In this document: in pieces, positions 39,668 to 51,911 of the stretch
How positions within the stretch are numbered: position 1 is the stretch's first letter
Layout: each line of letters starts with the position of its first letter
NCBI RefSeq assembly: GCF_006345805.1
Contig: NC_043005.1
Coordinates: forward strand, 80,786,001-80,850,000
Length of the DNA stretch: 64,000 nt
Direction: 5' to 3'
Source of the DNA: Octopus sinensis
Taxonomy: Eukaryota
The notes under the pieces: generated by a model
What the model was told of the DNA's origin: nothing
The model's input: only the letters and a program-made list of their open reading frames with translations
Database searches by the model: none
Position numbers and translations under genes: made by a program

Positions 39668-40124
39668 TGGCCCTACGAGTACTAGAAATCAAAGACCGGA
39701 ATGTCCAGGTAACTTACTGCCTTACTGTACATAATGCGTACAGGGCGTCCATAAAATACCTTTATGATTTGAGAAAAAATGGGTAACTCATGGGTTTATT
39801 GGAAGCATAGGCAAATAAAGTTATATTAGAAACATCAGGACCCTTCTGCATAGGTTTCCTTTGTTGCACGCAACATGCTGTGTTATCCTACTTTTTCTGA
39901 ATTTTTCAAATTGTACAGGGAATTTGTGGACACTTTGTAATTTCAATTAATCTCTATAAGATTATTTGAAATTTCTTCGGAAATGAGTCTGAAGAAAGAG
40001 AAAACCCTGTAGTTTAATTGTAGGACGAATGTGCTGACTTGTAATAAATGTAGATATATAGCACTAATATTAATTTCAAGCTCTAATATATAGCACTAAC
40101 ATATAGCATGTATATACAGATATA

Positions 40125-40324
40125 CAGGGTGTTCAAAACATCTCTCCGCAGTGAAGTATTTTCATCCTGCGCATCAAGATTATTTCGGGACTTTGGCTTC
40201 CTAGATCACCTGATTTAACACTGCTTGACTTTTTCTTTTCTGGGGAGCAAGTAAAGGATCAGTGTATCAGAATCGCCCGAAAACCATTAAATACTTACTG
40301 CAGAGAGACTTTTTGAACATCCTC
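40125..40324 (+). mobile_element. Tc1/mariner (maT-like) 200-bp deletion derivative
   Basis: TA|CAGGGTGTTCAAAA ... TTTTTGAACATCCTC|TA inverted ends. The interior resembles WPPRSPDLTPLDFFFWGxVKDxVY. Confidence 0.6.
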
Positions 40325-40354
40325 TATTAGTAGATATATAGCACTAACTTTGGT

Positions 40355-40672
40355 ATCAGCGGTTAACGCGTCTGGTTCACGATCGTGAGGTATTGGTTTC
40401 GATTCCCGTACCTGGCTGTTTATAGTGTTCTTGAGCAAGACACTTTATTTCTCGTTGCTCCAGTTCACTCAACTGTAGAAATGATTTGCAACGTCACTGG
40501 TGCCAAGCTGTATCGGCCTTTGACTTTCCCTTGGATAAAAATCGGTGGCGTGGAGAGGAGAGGCTGGAATGCATTGGCGACTGCTGGTGTTACATAAACA
40601 ACATTACTAGGACTTGTGTCTCGGAGGGCAACTTTCCAGGAGTAATCCCATGCTATTTTGATGACCGAAGAG
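40355..40672 (+). mobile_element. S2 SINE (diverged)
   Basis: Homologous to 7867-8200. Confidence 0.75.
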
Positions 40673-42490
40673 TTTCTTTACCCTTTATTTTCTTCAAATG
40701 TTTCTGGTGCGGTAATGATCCTGTGAATTCGCCGTCTTATATATCTCTAATATTGATTGCGAATTACGTCTTGGATGTTTCGAATGCGTAGTCATTTGCA
40801 GGGTATGTCTATTCATTTACTTGATTGTCAGAACCGAGACAATCATCCATATCTATTTGTATTTTATTCATGCGCAGCAGGCACAATCTTCATTTTTTCT
40901 GTTTTCGCAGACTAATGAAGTATTTGCCTAATAATTAATTCATAAAGCAGGAAAACTGTAAGAAAAGTAGAGAGAATAGCAGTAATTTTTAATGTTAAGG
41001 AGAAAAACGTGCGTACCGTAATCAAGCCATAAGATGGAAATTATTTTGGAAATATGTTTTTGGAACAATCTTTATATTCTTTTCTTCAGATAAATCACTG
41101 GTCCAGTAAGAATCGGCAGTGGTGCTGCTTTACCATGTTGAGGCTAAACGCCATTAATTAACTTTCCTAAGACATGGAACGTAAAACAATAACTAGAATA
41201 AAAACAGAACACTCGATCATGTGTTCATAACATTCGTACATTAAGTTCGTAGCTATTGTCTCTACAACATTAAACAGATACTATTTTTGTTCTCTTTTTT
41301 GTATTAACTTTGTTGCTACTGACTAAAGATTTTGAACTCCAACCGAAACAAAGACATCAGTATTTATTGGTTCATGACAATAATAAAATTTAGTTTTGTT
41401 CAGATAACTGAAGTCAAAGTTCAGGGTTATCTCTAACTTTTCACCTACTAATCTTATCAGATGAATTAATTTACTTCATCTGTTGCTTACTCTGTCTCTT
41501 TCCTAATAATATCTGATTGGTGAAATAAGTCTAGTTTCGTTACTGGGACACATTAGCGTTACAGCAATTCTGCGATTCCGTAATTGGTTGAATTTATGAG
41601 AAAGATAAAAACCCTTTTCTAATGAATGGCATGACCTTCTTTTCATATCTTCAATGCATTTAAAATCGTTCTCTAATTTTATGTATTCCAACAAGTAATA
41701 TAAAAAGGTAAAAGATGTAGCTTTAAACCAATACATTAAAAATTTGATTAGGATTATTCTTATCTGTACTTTTTCCTGTGATAAATATATTTCACAAACC
41801 AATAAAAAACATCTTGCCAAATTTCCTAAAATATTCATTTATATATTTAGGTTATTTAGTTTTAAATTGAGTAGAGTAAGAAGTAAGATCTATGTAAATC
41901 CTGACTGTACACTGCTAGCTTGTAGCTAATGTCCTTTGAAAACTAATGACGCAAATATCACATAATATAGCTTTTCCTTTCTTCAGGTTATTCCATCACT
42001 TGCCACGTCCAGAAGAAGCCGACTGCTTTCAGTTATTATTTACTAAGTCCCAAGTTAATATAAGTGAGCAAGCATATTATCAAAGGCATGCAAGCATGGA
42101 GCCTCAGGATTTTTTAACATGTCCAATTAGTACATTCTCCACTATGTGTGTTTCAAGGCGATACCATGTTTCTTAGTGAAATGGTCGTTATTTTTAGTTG
42201 ATCAGTCAATAATATAGAGTTCCTATTACAGCGGTGTGGAAGCACATGGCCTAGTGCTTCCTCCTGCATCTTGCAGCACACCTGCGATGGACCAGCGTCC
42301 CGTCCAGGTGGGAAACCTATACGGCAAGGAAAACGGGAAACCGGCCCTATGCTCCACAGGGACAAAAAGGATTAAGCAGAAGAATTACAGCGGTATGCGG
42401 TTTGCAATGCATAATTCTATTGTAAAACATTAGTGCATAATTTTTAACCGATTAAGTCAACATGGAGATCTCTTATTAGATCTTTCATTA

Positions 42491-43405
42491 CGAGGTGCTA
42501 TCAAAATGTTCCTGTAGTAGATCTGTAGCGCACCGACAGATGACGGCACACGGTTGCGTGCGCAGTGAGAGTTAGCAGTGACCTTCATGAGGCAGTGTGC
42601 CGAATGACAGCGCTGTGTTTAGTTCACAAGTTGTGAAAGTTATGTTTTAACTCTCACGTGTATGTTATTGGTCTGCGACATTTGTCATGAACAGGAAGTT
42701 TGGACAAAGAACCAACGTGTAATTTTGTGTTAAACTGGGGAAGTCTGCTACAAAGATATTGAGCATTCTTCGGCAAGCTTACGTTGACGAGGCAGTGGGT
42801 CGTACACAATGGTTCGCTTGGCATAGGCGCTTGAAAAGCAGAAGAAGGTACCTGGAAGACGATGAATGATCTGGAAGATCTGCCACGCACCTCAGCCCCG
42901 CAAATGTGGAGAAAATTCATCAGCTTGTGCATGGGGATCATCGGAGAGCAATCAACGATATTGCTGATGTTGGTCTCTTTTATGGGTCCATGCAGTAAAT
43001 CCTAACATCCGCGAAGAATGTGTTTCTTCACAACGGCAATGCACCCTGTCACTGAGGTCTTCTCACTCGTGGCTTTCTCGCCAAAAACAACATGGTATCG
43101 CTTTTACACCTGCCTTTTACACCAGATTTAGCTCTTGCTGACACCCCTCACTTCTCCAAGAGGGAAACCCAGCTTAATGGCCGCCGTTTTAACATTGATG
43201 TAGACATCCAGAGCGAATTGCAGAAGGTTCTTCATTCGCTTACAGAAAACAAATTCCAAGCGGGTTTCTAAAATTGGCAGGAACAGTGAAACCGGTCTAT
43301 TACTGCGCAAGGTAACTATTTCGAAAGAAGATGATGTTAAAGCTTAGGTAAATAATTTCTTTTTATTAAGCATGACTAGTCCAGGTATGTTTTGATACTA
43401 CCTTG
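42491..43405 (+). mobile_element. Internally deleted mariner element with both TIRs and TA TSD
   Basis: TA|CGAGGTGCTATCAAAA ... TTTTGATACTACCTTG|TA. Contains the N-terminal HTH relic EQRTNV*FCVKLGKSATKIL...LEDDE*SGR and HxxNAPxH / (Y)SPDLA-like motifs. Confidence 0.85.
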
Positions 43406-44789
43406 TATGTCTTCACAGTTTTAAATTATCAAATAATGTTTTTGCTGTCAGATACGCCATTTTACTTTCTGAAAGATGAATTTAATCTGACGTTAATGGG
43501 ATAAGGGCTATTAATCTGTGGAATCCTCAATGACTGGAGAGTAACAGAGGTAGGTTTCAAATCAAGCAAGCTAATGATTCCTGACACCACTCCAAATGTT
43601 TTCGTAGCAGAAAGGCAAACATTAAACAGAAGCATTGTTGAAATATCGGTTTTATTCGTAACCAAAATTATATGTAAATGGGAAGGAAATTTTTTACGTG
43701 TTCCTCAATACGAGTCTCAAAGGAGTAAGTAAAACCTTTACTATAAAAGATTTATCATTGAACCAAATCTCTGACTAGAATCCAGTAATTTAAAATAATC
43801 TTTAATGACCTAAAGTACATTAGAACCGAAAATGAAAACAAAATATTGACATGTGATAAAAACGCAGAATACACAAGCCGTGCAGTTCACGTAAACATAA
43901 ACATGTGTATATATTCGTTAACAAAACTATAGTTAGTTTATATTATTACTGTATACAATGAATATTAATGGGAGGAGGACGATGCAAAATTGTCACGGTG
44001 GAGCAATAACTTCAACTGTGAAAATATGAAATGCTAAATAATACCAGAGTCAAAAGCTAGGTTTCAAGATAGCTGGGAATGTAAACAGAATAAAAATTTT
44101 AATATTTTGAATATCGATGGCCGCAAATATTTTGAGGAATATCCTCGTGAGCGTGTGTTCGATATAAATGGATATTGCTTTTCTGATGTTTTTAGTTGTT
44201 AAGTCGGTATGTGCTGATTAATCAGAAATCTGTTTATCGTGATCATTAGTTTGACAATAGAAAATGATGTGTTTGCATTTCGCAAGCTGGAAGAGTTTTA
44301 GTTCTGAAGTTTATCGCTAAGGTATTTATTTATTATCAATACGGATAAAGTAGATAGGCTGCAGTTCCGAAAAAGACGGTATCAGTGAATTCCGTAGAGA
44401 ATAGCATCACTAGAATTGACAAAAAAAAAATGCTGCTCTGATAAAAAAGCAAATCTACGCTATCATAATTTTTGGCTGTTTCATTCTTTTTTTTTACTGG
44501 CGAGATTTTTTAACTGGCTTGGTTTAGGCCCCAAATTAACTTATGAAGTAAAAACAAATATCCGTCTTCAGTGAAACACGTTTCAAAAAATGAAAAAAAA
44601 AAGAAAGATAAAATCCGGCCTGATAGCCTAAAAAAGCTACCATTTGAATTTTTTGTTCTTATTGTTACATCTGATGCAAGTCTATTAAATGACCTCCAGT
44701 GAAACAAATTTCAATATCACAGAACATCCAACAATGGCAATCTATCAACGCATATTTCATCCCTCCCTCCATGTTTTAATATCTGTTTC

Positions 44790-45150
44790 AAATAGAACGC
44801 CGGGAGAAATGCCGCTACGTTCTGAGTTCAAATTCCGCCGAGGTCGACTATGCCTTTCATCCTTTCGGGGTCGATTAAATAAGTACCAGTTACGCACTGG
44901 GGTCGATATAATCGACTTAATCCGTTTGTCTGTCCTTGTTTGTCCCCTCTGTGTTTAGCCCCTTGTGGGTAGTAAAGAAACATGTATTTCGTCTGTCATT
45001 ACGTTCTGATTTCAAATTTCGCCGAAGTCTACTTTACCGTTCATCCCTTCGGGGTCGATAAATTAAGTACCAGTTGCGTACTGGGGTCGATCTAATCGAC
45101 TGGTCCCCTCCCCCAAACTTTCGAGCCTTGTGCTTAGAGTAGAAAAGAAT
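44790..45150 (+). mobile_element. S5 composite: young type-A unit followed by older type-B body
   Basis: ...GGGTAGTAAAGAAA(CAT)GTATTTCGTCTGTC... junction at 44980-44984. Confidence 0.8.
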
Positions 45151-45159
45151 ACTTGTTTT

Positions 45160-45570
45160 AAATGTTCGCACGCGGCAAGTAATTTTGGTTAAGTCGATTA
45201 CATCGACACCAGTACTCAACTGGTACTTCTTTTATCCCCCCCCCCAAAGAACGAATGGCAAAGTCGACCCCGGTGGAATTTTTGATCTGAGAACGTAAAG
45301 TCGGAAAAATGCTGCTTAGCATTTGGCCCGGCGAGCTGCTAACGATTCTGACAGCTCGCTGCCTTACTCCGTGTTTTAATACTGATTTAAAATTTTGGCA
45401 CAAAGCCATCAAATCCATGGCAGCGGGTACATCAATTACATCCACTCAGTGATATCGATAGAATGAATGACAAAGTCGACCTTGGCAGAATTTGAACTCA
45501 AAAGGACGGTCGAAATACCGCTAAAAATTTTGGCCGTCGCGCTAAGGACTTTGCGTGCTCACCACCTTAC
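45160..45570 (-). mobile_element. Two degenerate S5 SINEs
   Basis: Reverse core and head motifs at 45190-45370 and 45400-45570. Confidence 0.65.
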
Positions 45571-46680
45571 TTCTTGTTTTGATATCAAAACCAATTGATA
45601 TTTGTGATTTTTCATTGGTCCATCTTAATTTAAATGTGTTTCTATTGAGTTGTTCTGTTATTGATTTCCACTCCTCCGATCATTCACAATTATTACATTC
45701 ATCTTTCCAAGCTGACAGTTTTCAAAAACCTTAATTTGTAGATCCTCATCTGTAGGCGCACACCACACTCAATCAACCGTTGACCAAAGAAAGCTGAACA
45801 TTACTTCTTTCTATTTTAATTATAAGTTCATTAGACGTGCATATTTCTTGTATAAGAGGGCATCACCACCAGCGTTACACAAATCGGTGTTCTTCCACTG
45901 TCGTAAATGATGACGTTCGGATAACTGTATCCTCATTTTATTGCATGTCACATAAGCACGTACATTGCTGGTTTTCAGTTGATTAATTTAATTTATCAAC
46001 TGATCAATTTAATGTCCGTTTACGTGGGTTGCGAAGATATGTACATATGTTGCGTATCGCTGCCTTCGCATTGCATTCACATAAGTGTATTTGCCGCAAT
46101 TCCCATCATTGTGAAATATTGTAGACTGTTTTTTATTTTCTTTCTCAAAGTCCTTCTTCACTTGCACTGTAATGTTATCTTTAAGGTGAGAGACGCGTTT
46201 AAATAAAGATTTCCCTTGATGTCTGGTAACTCTTAACTGATGATTAGAGGCGACAAAACTCTTTAAGACGTAAATAAAATTGTTATCTTAAAGGAGGTTA
46301 GGAGCAAGATTTCAGCGAGGTTAATTTATAACATAATTCCATTTCTTGGATGTATCGTTTCGTTCAGATAATCAATGTTTCCAGGGAGGTCATAAAATTC
46401 TTGTGTCTACCATTCCCGGCTGACTTTGCTGGGTCTTTATTGATGAAACTTATTCGATAGAAGCAATTAACAAATATCCCCTGAGTTAGTGAATGGAATC
46501 TGCAAGAGCAAACACATTTGCAAATACGGTTGCTCTCCGGATCCTGCTCATAAATTCCCTTCATGTAACTGCTTCCCCCTCATTTTCTTATTGAATCTTC
46601 TCAACGCACTGTAGCTCTTCATATAAAATATTATTTCACAGCAGGAATATATATAATTCCTCAAGTGCTAGTTCGATCTC

Positions 46681-46711
<31 letters not shown>

Positions 46712-46719
46712 ATATATAT

Positions 46720-46723
46720 GTGT

Positions 46724-46758
<35 letters not shown>

Positions 46759-47187
46759 GATAGATTGTAGCGCTAATGTTATGCACTTCAGGGGTTAATC
46801 TTACTCTAGCAGATTAAATGAAATGAAGAAAAAAATGTTTCTATGTTGCAGTCATTCTGATTACAGGATAATATAATAGCTAGAATAACAAGGTTAACAA
46901 AAATAAGAAGGTTAATGTCAAGAATTATTATGGCATTTATCAAATTTGCAACAATATTCAATAAGTGTTTATAACGAACCAAATTACTCGAACATAAAAC
47001 TAAGATATATTTTACATATAAAATGAATTATTATATATATATATATAATTTTTATCTCACTAGGCTTACAAAGAATATGTCCCGGGGTCGATTTGTTCGA
47101 TTACAGGCGATGCTCCACATGGCCGCACCCAACTGTCTGAAACAAATAAAAGAATACAAGAATAAATCAATATATATGCATACATAC

Positions 47188-47263
<76 letters not shown>

Positions 47264-47698
47264 TGTGTGTGTTGATAGATTGTAGCGCTAATGTTATGCA
47301 CTTCAGGGGTTAATCTTACTCTAGCAGATTAAATGAAATGAAGAAAAAAATGTTTCTATGTTGCAGTCATTCTGATTACAGGATAATATAATAGCTAGAA
47401 TAACAAGGTTAACAAAAATAAGAAGGTTAATGTCAAGAATTATTATGGCATTTATCAAATTTGCAACAATATTCAATAAGTGTTTATAACGAACCAAATT
47501 ACTCGAACATAAAACTAAGATATATTTTACATATAAAATGAATTATTATATATATATAATTTTTATCTCACTAGGCTTACAAAGAATATGTCCCGGGGTC
47601 GATTTGTTCGATTACAGGCGATGCTCCACATGGCCGCACCCAACTGTCTGAAACAAATAAAAGAATACAAGAATAAATCAATATATATGCATACATAC

Positions 47699-47776
<78 letters not shown>
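46720..47776. repeat. Tandem duplication, period ~515 bp, bounded by (TG)n
   Basis: TGATAGATTGTAGCGC at 46758 and 47273. The copies differ only in microsatellite lengths as far as I can read. Confidence 0.9.
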
Positions 47777-47779
<3 letters not shown>

Positions 47780-48138
47780 CATATACACACATAGGTACAT
47801 ACACTGGGCTGTGTGTGTATGTATGTGTATGTCCATCTTTATGTCGGTATTTATGAGTGTAGAAGAGCCATAAAGATACGCAAGCCAGACCCAGTGGGGC
47901 ACAACACAGCATGTTTGGCTACTCACCGAACGGTATAATCACTCTGGCCATTAATCAGCTCTGACTGTAATAACATCTACTTAAATGCGCGTACGAGAAT
48001 GTGTATATGCTCGAAACCACGCGTCTGCGTTAGTAAATATGCGCACTTTAGTACGAGCATGTGTACGTGTGCCAGAGCAGGAGTGTGTGTGCGTTTGTGT
48101 AGGCGCAGGAGTGGCAGTGTGGTAAGTAGCTTGCTAAC

Positions 48139-50108
48139 TGCGCATGTGCGAGTCAGTGTTGTGTTTGCCACTGAAGCAGTGAAGATGTGCTTTTGAAGCC
48201 GTCTTGAATTGAAAACTTTGGAAGCCCCATGTAAGATAAGATTCTGTTTTCTGGGTCCAGTGGGAGTTTTTGTTGAGAATTATTTTTACAGGCAGGAAGT
48301 CCTACTGGATTCAGAATTCTGATTCTGCCGACATGTGGCAAATGTATTTTTCTCGCTGAGAAAATTTTTGGGGGCGTATCCGTCTTCGAATTGTGAAAAT
48401 TGAATTGTGCTGTGAAGAACTACCAATTTTACACCAATTCATGTGGAAGTTGTGCGATCCTGGTTCGATTTAGGCCGGGAGTACCAAATGGCCAAAGGAT
48501 TTTGCTGCGTTTTTGACTTTCTTTTTAACTTTATTTGACTTTCTTTTCAACTTTATTTGACTCTCTCCTTTTTTCATTGCGACTTTCTTCGGATTCCCTT
48601 TTCTTCTCGTCTTTTAGTTTTATTCTAAATACATTTATTTAAAAAAAACAAAAAAACATGGCAACAAAAGAAACCACCGCTTTGGAATGGGAGGTCATCC
48701 CACCCAAAGCGTGGATTGAAAGTCTTGAGAAGAGGACGGTGGTCCTACGAACCTATTCTAGGTCGCGTGGAGCCATTGCCCTCTTCGACAGGAATACTAT
48801 AGAGAAAGAGTTGGGGGACTACCTGCCAACTATAAAATTTATTTCTCGGGGGACTAAATTTGCAACGGTGTGGTTGCTGTTTGGTACCCCCGAGGAAGCT
48901 AGCAGATTTGCTAGCGAGCCACTGGAGGGAGAGGAAATTTTGTTCCTCCCCTCGTATTGTGGCAGAAAAGTGAAAAGAGCCTGGGTGTGTGGGCTGCCCC
49001 CGGGCACGGAGGCGGAATGGATCGAGAAGACCATCCGGCGAGGCCTGGGGGATAGCGGACCCAGACTGCTGAGTGTGAAGGTGGCTCCCGCGGTCGCCTG
49101 GCAGGGGTCGAGGGCAACTTTGACCCTGTGGACACCGGTAGCCGTGGGGGAAATGAAATTCCCGGACTTCCTGAGAATGGCTGGGCACAGGTACCCGGTG
49201 ATACTCGAGGGTCGCCCCCCCCCAAGTGTCACCTGTGCCTGAAGCCCGGACATATCAGGAAGAATTGTCCCAGGGGCCGTGGTGGTGCCCCGGAGCAGAG
49301 AGGGGAAAAGGCGCCCGCCGCCCCCTCATTGGAGGGGGAGACGATGGAAGTCGTGGAGGAGGTTGCCTCCACGAAAAGAAAGAGAAAGGCGAGCAACAAT
49401 GGTTGCCCACCAAAGAACGCTCAGGGGGCGAAGGGGGATAGCAATCCCCCGTGTCTGGTGACGGAGTCCCCTGGGTCAGCAGTCTCCCCCAAAAGAAGGA
49501 GGAGAAAAAGGAGAGGTCGGACGACTGACGTTTCTGTGTCGCCGACGGAGCCGCGGGTGGGATGTGTGCCACCCGCGGACAAGGCTCCGCCGGTAGGAAG
49601 TGTGCCACCGACGGAGCAGTGTGAGGTCCCTCCCTGTGAAGAGGAGATGCTTCTCCTCCTTTACCACAAGGGAGAGGAAGTTGAAAGATTCTTGAATGGC
49701 TTGGGTGACCGAGAGCGTAAGGACACGGTCGGCTCAAGGAGTCCGTTATGGCCTCCGCATGTAGCTGCGGAAAAAGTAACAGAAGATACTTTGTCAAGGG
49801 TCGCAGAGACCTTTGAAAAGAAAGACTTTACCTTTCTCTTTGCAGGCCCCGACTTGTCGTCGCAGAGTTGTCTGCAGGCGGCAAGACAATTTGCTTCGGG
49901 GACCTGACGAGAAGAATTGTTGAACATTTTTTGAACATTGTATTAAATGTATTTATTGAAACATTGTTTTAGAGAAGCGAAAGTCGGCGGGCGCTTTCGA
50001 CTTCTCCCATCACCATATTCATCCACCACTACCATCATCCATTAATGTCCTTGTCCAGCCCGTAGCTACTACTCTGTGTGCTGCCCTAGTGGCAAATTAT
50101 ATAAAATA
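48139..50108 (+). mobile_element. ORF1-only Tx1/L1-like element (HAL1-like), element A
   Basis: Flanked by AAGTAGCTTGCTAAC at 48124-48138 and 50109-50123. Has one Gag-like ORF, a ~200-nt 3' UTR and no ORF2. Confidence 0.8.
48658..49907 (+). CDS. Tx1-type ORF1 (CCHC zinc knuckle) of element A, one frameshift in a C9 run
   Basis: The 194-aa and 259-aa ORFs join at the C-run 49215-49223: VILEGRPP-KCHLCLKPGHIRKNCP. Homologous to element B ORF1 (EKRTVV, PSYxGR, EGRxPxCxxCxKxGHIRxxCP). Confidence 0.8.
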
Positions 50109-50513
50109 AAGTAGCTTGCTAACCTCACTGACAGAAGAGTGACTTTGCTTACCGTACTACGGTTTGGACACGTTTTCTTCCCGGTAAGAGTTTTGCTGTG
50201 TTGTTAATTGTTGAATTCCTACTACTGAAAATTTGCCTTTAAACGTTGCTGAACTGTCTTGTTCTCCGGTTTTACCGGGAAATAATTGAATAATTTCTTA
50301 CCGTTGAACTGTTAGCCATTGTGGCTTTTTATTTTCGTGACTATATATAGTCCTGCCAGACTATTTTCGTGCCCCTCCCCCGAATGGGGGTGGGAATTGG
50401 AATTTTTGAACTGCTTTTTTGAACTACTTTGGAAGAAAAACTTTCTATAGGTTTCCCAGTTTTGTGGGAAACCAATATTCGTAATTTTTGTGTTGTCTAA
50501 TTTCAACAGAATA

Positions 50514-51894
50514 ATGTCTGTTGAAATTATTCACGAAAGTAGTGCTCTTGAGGAGAGCAATGTTAAAAAATTGTCTGAGGTAGCCGCAGTGGCTACCGAG
50601 AACATTGACATCGATGTCAACCAGCTCGTCGAGCTATTTAAAAGAATGCAAGAGGAGGGTGGTGATGTTAAAATATCACCCTCCGCCAGTATCGTGGAGA
50701 CCGAGAAGCGGACCGTAGTGTTTAAAACTTTCTGTCCACAAAGCAGAAGGTTCAAACACTTTGAAAAAAGCACCATCGAGAAATGCCTGTCCCCGATTTG
50801 GAAGGACATCGTGTACGTCGCCAGGGGACGGGCATATGGCACTGTGGATGTCCGCTTCTCGGGGGAAGAAATGGCCCGCGGGCATTCTGTGAACCCCCTA
50901 AAAACCAAGGAGGTGGTACTTTTCCCAAGCTATAGGGGACGCAGGACGTCCCGGGTCAGGATTGTAGAAGCCCCGCCGGAAGTAGATCCGTTGAGGTAGT
51001 GGCGGACAAAATAAAAATACTAGAAGTAACATGCTCTACCCCTCGATTTTGGCTCGGGCGTAACATTAATATATTAATTCAAGGAACAGCGGAGGACCTG
51101 CAGCTCCTTCCTGAGAGGGTGCTCGTGGGCGAGAACGTATTCCTCAGGGTACAGGTCGAAGGCCGAAAACCCACCTGTTACGCCTGCGGAAAAAAGGGCC
51201 ACATTCGTGTAGACTGTCCAGACAAGCAAAAGAAACCGCAGACACCAGGCCCCTCAGATAATAAAAAAGTTCCTACCCTGGCAAACACACCTACCCCTAC
51301 AAAAACAAAAAATCCCACTCCCGCTGTTACGGTGCCAACCCCAAAACAGACTGAAGAAAAAACCCAGCCCTCGCACTCACAAACCCCTACACTATTAAAA
51401 CCTTCCACCCCCCTAAAAACTGCGGCGCCTACCGAACAAACCATTGCCACCCCAGACGATACCATGGAGGTATCAGAGGGGGGATTTACACCAGTTCGTA
51501 AAAGAATTCGTGCAGCATCACCGTCCACATCCCCTACAAAAAATAATAAAAACAAAGACACACCACAGACACGGAAAAAAAATCCCGCTCAACTGGCCCA
51601 GAAAAAGAAGACAAAAAAGAAAATGAACTCATATTAATTGAATTCGACACACAAGACAAATACATAAACGATATTGTGGTTCAGCATCAGTCAGCAAGAC
51701 TGTACAACAAATACAAAGATCGAAATAGACACGCGTGGATTGCGGAAACAACGTTCAAACAATTAAAAGACAGACACCCAAACGCCATCCGGCATATCGC
51801 GAACTTGCCGGACTATCTGAAGAAAGAGGAGAAAGAAGGGGCCCACAAACGTGTGGCGAGGTCGGCCCCCACCTCTCCAACGAAACGTAAGTAG
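50514..51894 (+). pseudogene. Element B ORF1 (Gag-like, CYACGKKGHIRVDC), disrupted
   Basis: Three frames (50514-50999, 50999-51637, about 51570-51894); stop/frameshift at about 50997. Confidence 0.8.
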
Positions 51895-51911
51895 AACTTT
51901 TACTTTTTGTA

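Noticed and set aside
45830-45935. Reverse-frame peptide ...WKNTDLCN... resembling a Ly6/three-finger C-terminus
   Set aside because: Lacks the preceding CC and the other cysteines, with no convincing splice sites.
46237-46260. CTGATGA...AAAAC as a hammerhead
   Set aside because: No stem II or stem I pairing.
48102-48138. tRNA genes at SINE heads (also 1798, 7867, 38122, 58679)
   Set aside because: A and B boxes are present but there is no complete cloverleaf or acceptor stem, and each continues into a repeated SINE body.
49215-49223. Programmed -1 frameshift at the C9 run in element A ORF1
   Set aside because: Formally compatible, but homopolymer indels recur throughout this assembly; a sequencing error or mutation is simpler.
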